Source: an uncultured Verrucomicrobiae bacterium (lineage in GTDB: Bacteria; Verrucomicrobiota; Verrucomicrobiia; Chthoniobacterales; UBA10450). Taken from it: a stretch of DNA of 64,000 nucleotides. Within the stretch, counting starts at the first letter, position 1. Every line of letters starts with the position of its first letter. Below are positions 60,124 to 64,000 of this stretch, one piece after another. A program made the translations under genes and the position numbers. The notes under the pieces were generated by a model. The model did no database searches, was not told where the DNA came from, and was given only the letters and a program-made list of their open reading frames with translations. Location: contig CAWDGJ010000002.1 of NCBI GenBank assembly GCA_963801815.1, positions 352,001 to 416,000 of the forward strand, read 5' to 3'.

Positions 60124-61737
60124 TCAACTTCCGCCGGTTTCTGCGTCCGACGGCGGTGCGCCTGCTTCCACCCGAGCTTCTTTTTCCGCAGCCAATGCAG
60201 CCGCCTCCGCGTTTTCTTTTTCTTCTGCAGGCGAGACGACAGCAGATGCAACGTTCTCGGTTTCTTTCGAAGACGATTCATTTGCAGGTGGGACGCCTGC
60301 CACCACAGCTTCTTCTTTTGGTTTCGTCTTTGCGCGCGGCAGATCGAGGGAGCCGTCGTTGAACTCGATCACGTAACCCGCGTTGATCAACCACAGCAGA
60401 TCGGATGCGAGCGCGAGCTTGGCACGGTCCAAGTCACTTGCGGCCGACACAGTGCCAGTCCGGCTCGGACCCGCCTCTACAGACCTTTCGGGATCGACAA
60501 TCAATTTATCGGCGAGTTCCTTGCGACCAATTCGCGGTTGCGCGACGATCGCGTCCAGAATTGTCCGGACCTGCGACGAAACGCCGGTCTCATCGTGACG
60601 AAACGGGCGCGGGAAAATTGGCGAGACGAACAACATCCCGCGCCGATGCCGGAAAACGTGCAGACTGGCTTCGCGAAATCGCGCGGCCAATTCCTGCATC
60701 ATCGCGGACGGCGACTTCGTTTCACGGTTCCATTCGTTCTCGATGACGTTGTTCAATACACGATCATGCATGCGCCGGCTGGCCGGTCCGTCAATCGTCA
60801 CCTCCGAAACAGCTCGGACGAGTCCCGGCAAATAATTTTTCTCGAAATGGCGCTCCGCTTCAGCCGCGGAGGTGAATGTCTGCGGCGGTTCTTCACGAGA
60901 CGTCGAATACGTTGTCACTTTCCGCGCTTCTTGTTTCCACTTCTCGATCTCAACCGGATCGGTAACGATCTGAATCTGTCTTTGGTAATCGCCAAAACTC
61001 ATCCGGCGGCTGAACCGTTGCTCGTAAAGATTTCGCAAACGCCGCTGGTAATCGTGATGATTGGTTGGCCCAAGCAACGTCCCGCTCAACCGATCGCGCG
61101 CGACGTTGGTGAAATTTCCTTTAATCGGTTCAGTCTCGGTAACATCGATCTTGTAGAAATCTTCCTGCCCAAAACGAAAGGCACTGCGTTCCAAAAAATG
61201 GCGGTCGACCGAGATCGCACCGTTTTCGCCAAGTTGAAAAAGCGAAACTTCCGGCGGTGCGGTCAATTTCACATCATGGCGTGGCGCTTTTTCCAAAAAC
61301 AGGCGAGCGAGCGCGAACAACGAATATGCAACCGTCCCCGATCTGATTTGCTCGACCACGTTCTCGAGCGCGGCGGCGCGCGGCAAAAACTTCACCGCAA
61401 TCGGCGGCAACGGTCTTGCCAAAGCCAGCGGGCGATTGGGCCGATACGGTCGATCCTTGCGAGGACGATCTCGTTCATGGCCGCGGGCAGGCCTTCGGTC
61501 CTCGCGGCGCGGCCGTTCCGGCAGTTTTCCTTTGCCCGTTGGGCGATCGAATTCGCGCCCCGGTCCTTTTCGGTCAGGCCGCCGTTTATCGCGCGGCCGA
61601 CGGTCACGCGATCGTCCTTCTACGCGATCTTGCCCATCGTGCTGCGCGTAACGCTCCCCCGGCGGCGGCTCGCTCACCCACGCCGGCAGCATCTTCAGAT
61701 CGACCAATTCGTCGAGATCGACAGAGGGGTCAGGCAC
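60124..61737 (-). CDS. Hypothetical protein (Arg-rich N-tail, acidic C-tail)
   Basis: 537-aa ORF with globular core LLGPTNHHDYQ and WLINAGYVIEFNDG. Confidence 0.8.
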   Translation of the reverse strand: MPDPSVDLDELVDLKMLPAWVSEPPPGERYAQHDGQDRVEGRSRDRRPRDKRRPDRKGPGREFDRPTGKGKLPERPRREDRRPARGHERDRPRKDRPYRPNRPLALARPLPPIAVKFLPRAAALENVVEQIRSGTVAYSLFALARLFLEKAPRHDVKLTAPPEVSLFQLGENGAISVDRHFLERSAFRFGQEDFYKIDVTETEPIKGNFTNVARDRLSGTLLGPTNHHDYQRRLRNLYEQRFSRRMSFGDYQRQIQIVTDPVEIEKWKQEARKVTTYSTSREEPPQTFTSAAEAERHFEKNYLPGLVRAVSEVTIDGPASRRMHDRVLNNVIENEWNRETKSPSAMMQELAARFREASLHVFRHRRGMLFVSPIFPRPFRHDETGVSSQVRTILDAIVAQPRIGRKELADKLIVDPERSVEAGPSRTGTVSAASDLDRAKLALASDLLWLINAGYVIEFNDGSLDLPRAKTKPKEEAVVAGVPPANESSSKETENVASAVVSPAEEKENAEAAALAAEKEARVEAGAPPSDAETGGS

Positions 61738-61872
61738 AGCTGTTCTCTACGCCAATGCGCAAATAAAACCAGCGCGTTATGGGGTGCTGAAACGCGCAAA
61801 AAATAACGATTCTTTTACTTGCGGTGCGGCAAGCTGTGGGGTAAGCGTTGCGCTCCAACCCAAAAATTTTTT

Positions 61873-62151
61873 ATGGCTGACAAAACGATTGAGGAAAAGG
61901 TCAAGGACATCATCGTCGAACAGCTCGGGGTGAATCCGGAGCAGGTCACGCCGCAGGCGTCATTCATTGAAGACCTGGGGGCCGATTCGCTCGACATTGT
62001 GGAATTGGTGATGGCTTTCGAAGAAGAATTTTCGGTGGAAGTGCCCGACGAGGACGCGGAGAAACTGCAGACCGTCGGCGACGTCATCAATTACATCAAA
62101 GAACGCGCCAAGACGACGGGCGGCGGTGAAGCAGCCGGCAGCGGATCGTAG
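61873..62151 (+). CDS. acpP: Acyl carrier protein
   Basis: [20 protein letters not shown]. Confidence 0.97.
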   Translation: MADKTIEEKVKDIIVEQLGVNPEQVTPQASFIEDLGADSLDIVELVMAFEEEFSVEVPDEDAEKLQTVGDVINYIKERAKTTGGGEAAGSGS

Positions 62152-62358
62152 CTTTTGACAGTGGCGGATTTTTCGCGCCGCCGGAAAATCCAAACCCCAA
62201 GCTCCAAGCACCAAGCAAACCTCAAGCTCCAAAACCCAAATCGCGTACAGCGTTATTTGGATTTTGATGATTGGAGCCTCCCCGGGATTTGGTGTTTGGG
62301 ATTTGTTTTCTAATCCTTGGTTGCGCCCTTCCGCTACGGGCCCAGACTAACGACGAAA

Positions 62359-63471
62359 ATGGACATCAGTTTGCTGCAAAAACCGTTGCTGCACGTTTTG
62401 GGGCACGATGTGTCGTTGCTGGGACTGATCGCGTTCGTGATTTGGTTCACTGCCGGATTGTTGATGGCGCGTGTGCTGCAAAGCGACGTCATTCGACGCC
62501 TGCTTAGCCGGCTGAAAGTCGACAGCAATCTCACCGCTATCATCACGACCATTCTCAGTCTGGCCGTGCTTATCTTTTTCATCATCACCGCGGTCAACGC
62601 TGCGGGCATCCCCTTGTCCTGGAACGTGCCACTCCCCGGCATCGCCCTAAGTTTATTTCAAATCTTCCTGCTTATCGCCCTGCTGATCGCGGTGTTCTGG
62701 CTCTCGTCCCGGACCAAGCGTTTTCTCTTCCACCGCTTTCTTGCTCAAAGCGGGCTCGATCGCTCGCTGCAATACGCCGTTGCCCAAATCGTCAGCAACA
62801 TCGTTCTCATTGTCGGCATTTTCATTGTTCTCGATAACGCGGGAATTCATCTCGGCGCGCTGACGGTATTTGCGGGAGCGGTCGGTGTCGGTGTCGGCTT
62901 TGGTCTGCAAAACATCGCGAGCAATTTCATCAGCGGCCTTGTTATCCTGGCGGAGCGCCCGATCACCATCGGCGACCGTGTCGAAGTCGCCGGCATCGCT
63001 GGGCAGGTGCAGCACATTCGCGCCCGAAGCACCGTCATCGTGACCAATGACAACATCACAATGATCGTTCCGAATTCGAAGTTCATCGATTCGCCGGTGA
63101 CCAACTGGACCTATGGCGATCCGCGGGTGCGTTTTCGAATTCCAGTCGGCGTGGCTTACGGAAGCGATATTGAAAAAGTTCGCGCCGCGCTGATAGCCGC
63201 CGGGAAAGAAAACCCGCATACGCTGAGCGATCCCGAACCGAGCGTCTTCCTGGACAAATTTGGAAACAACGCCATTGAATTCGAGCTGGTGGTTTGGAGC
63301 AGCGAGATGAGTTATCGGCCACGACGTTATCGGAGCGATTTGAATTTCGCGATCGAGAAGAAATTGCGCGACGCCGGAATCGAAATTCCAAACCCACAGC
63401 GCGACCTCCATATCCGCAGCGGCGTGCTGAAGGTGGAAAACGTCGCTGCGAAAGATCGAGATGGACGTTGA
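62359..63471 (+). CDS. Small-conductance mechanosensitive channel (MscS family)
   Basis: GVGFGLQNIASNFISG, IGDRVEV, IVPNSKF, VGVAYGSD, IEIPNPQR. Confidence 0.93.
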   Translation: MDISLLQKPLLHVLGHDVSLLGLIAFVIWFTAGLLMARVLQSDVIRRLLSRLKVDSNLTAIITTILSLAVLIFFIITAVNAAGIPLSWNVPLPGIALSLFQIFLLIALLIAVFWLSSRTKRFLFHRFLAQSGLDRSLQYAVAQIVSNIVLIVGIFIVLDNAGIHLGALTVFAGAVGVGVGFGLQNIASNFISGLVILAERPITIGDRVEVAGIAGQVQHIRARSTVIVTNDNITMIVPNSKFIDSPVTNWTYGDPRVRFRIPVGVAYGSDIEKVRAALIAAGKENPHTLSDPEPSVFLDKFGNNAIEFELVVWSSEMSYRPRRYRSDLNFAIEKKLRDAGIEIPNPQRDLHIRSGVLKVENVAAKDRDGR

Positions 63472-64000
63472 GCTGGCGGTTCCGCTGTCGGACGGTATCG
63501 CCAAAATTGTCCGAGTTGACGCGGTGCAAGGCAACGAGTTCTGGGTGCGCGCTTTCTCCGGCAAATCCAAGGACCATCGCTATTACGAGCTGATCGAACG
63601 GGCCCTGGCGAACCAGTTCGAGCACTACTACGTGGTGCTCGAAGATCATTCCGGCAACGTCCGCGCCGTTCAGCCGATTTTCTTCGTCCAACAAAATCTG
63701 GTGGAGGGCGTGCCGGGGAAAATCCGCGCGGTTGTCGATCTTATCCGCAGAAAATTTCCGCGCTTTCTCACGATGCGCGTTTTGATGGTTGGCTGCGCCG
63801 CGGGGGAGGGTCATTTGGGCGCGATCGATCCAGAAGACGAAGCCTGGCTCGCAAAGACGCTTCCCAAAGTTCTTCGATTGTTCGCCAAGCAAAAACGAGC
63901 GTCACTGGTCGTCTGGAAAGATTTTCCCGCGAAATACCGCCCGGCGCTGGCTTCGCTTGTCGAAAACGCCTTCGTCCGTGTGCCGAGTATGCCGATGACG
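63461..64000 (+). CDS. GNAT/FemAB-like acyltransferase, truncated by the window end
   Basis: Open frame MDVELAVP...KDHRYYE...MVGCAAGEGHL...WKDFP...RVPSMPMT. Confidence 0.7.
   Translation, partial: MDVELAVPLSDGIAKIVRVDAVQGNEFWVRAFSGKSKDHRYYELIERALANQFEHYYVVLEDHSGNVRAVQPIFFVQQNLVEGVPGKIRAVVDLIRRKFPRFLTMRVLMVGCAAGEGHLGAIDPEDEAWLAKTLPKVLRLFAKQKRASLVVWKDFPAKYRPALASLVENAFVRVPSMPMT

Noticed and set aside
60538..61806. 422-aa plus-strand ORF and similar long ORFs (54405-55394, 62653-63570, 50388-51227, 2382-3128)
   Set aside because: Antisense shadows of well-supported genes in GC-rich DNA with no motifs
1..64000. CRISPR array, rRNA, prophage or intact transposase/integrase
   Set aside because: No regularly spaced repeat-spacer array, rRNA-like tract, phage genes or full recombinase ORF seen

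Overview
A 64 kb GC-rich bacterial chromosome segment; the gene set and repeat styles suggest Verrucomicrobiota (Chthoniobacterales-like), which is inference. Left part: a MacAB-type efflux module, dksA-rpmG-rpsR, and an sppA-CPBP-thiL-tsaE-tsaB-alr-RelE-like run. Next is a 3.2 kb island integrated at tRNA-Arg(TCT) that duplicates the 5' half of the tRNA. The centre (14.4-52.4 kb) is an acyl-CoA/amino-acid catabolic region: prpDBC, fused ScoAB, a split IcmF-type B12 mutase, thiolase, glutaryl-CoA dehydrogenase, FadB and an acyl-CoA dehydrogenase. It includes an unusual operon encoding an ATP-citrate-lyase-like pair, an HD protein, a fungal Lys4-like homoaconitase, a Lys12-like dehydrogenase with an NADP-type motif and a second PrpD. 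This operon converges on lysine 6-aminotransferase and an ALDH7-type dehydrogenase, and is a candidate lysine-to-homocitrate pathway. Right part: mgtE-mgtA, rpmB, acpP, mscS. Many palindromic and heptamer repeats are present. Some lie in frame inside proteins (two in TsaB), several form short ORFs that bridge stop/start overlaps at operon junctions, and one 17-18 bp hairpin recurs three times. Genes at about 39.3-50 kb and 54.3-56.3 kb carry many single-base frameshifts that look like assembly errors. No CRISPR array or rRNA was seen.
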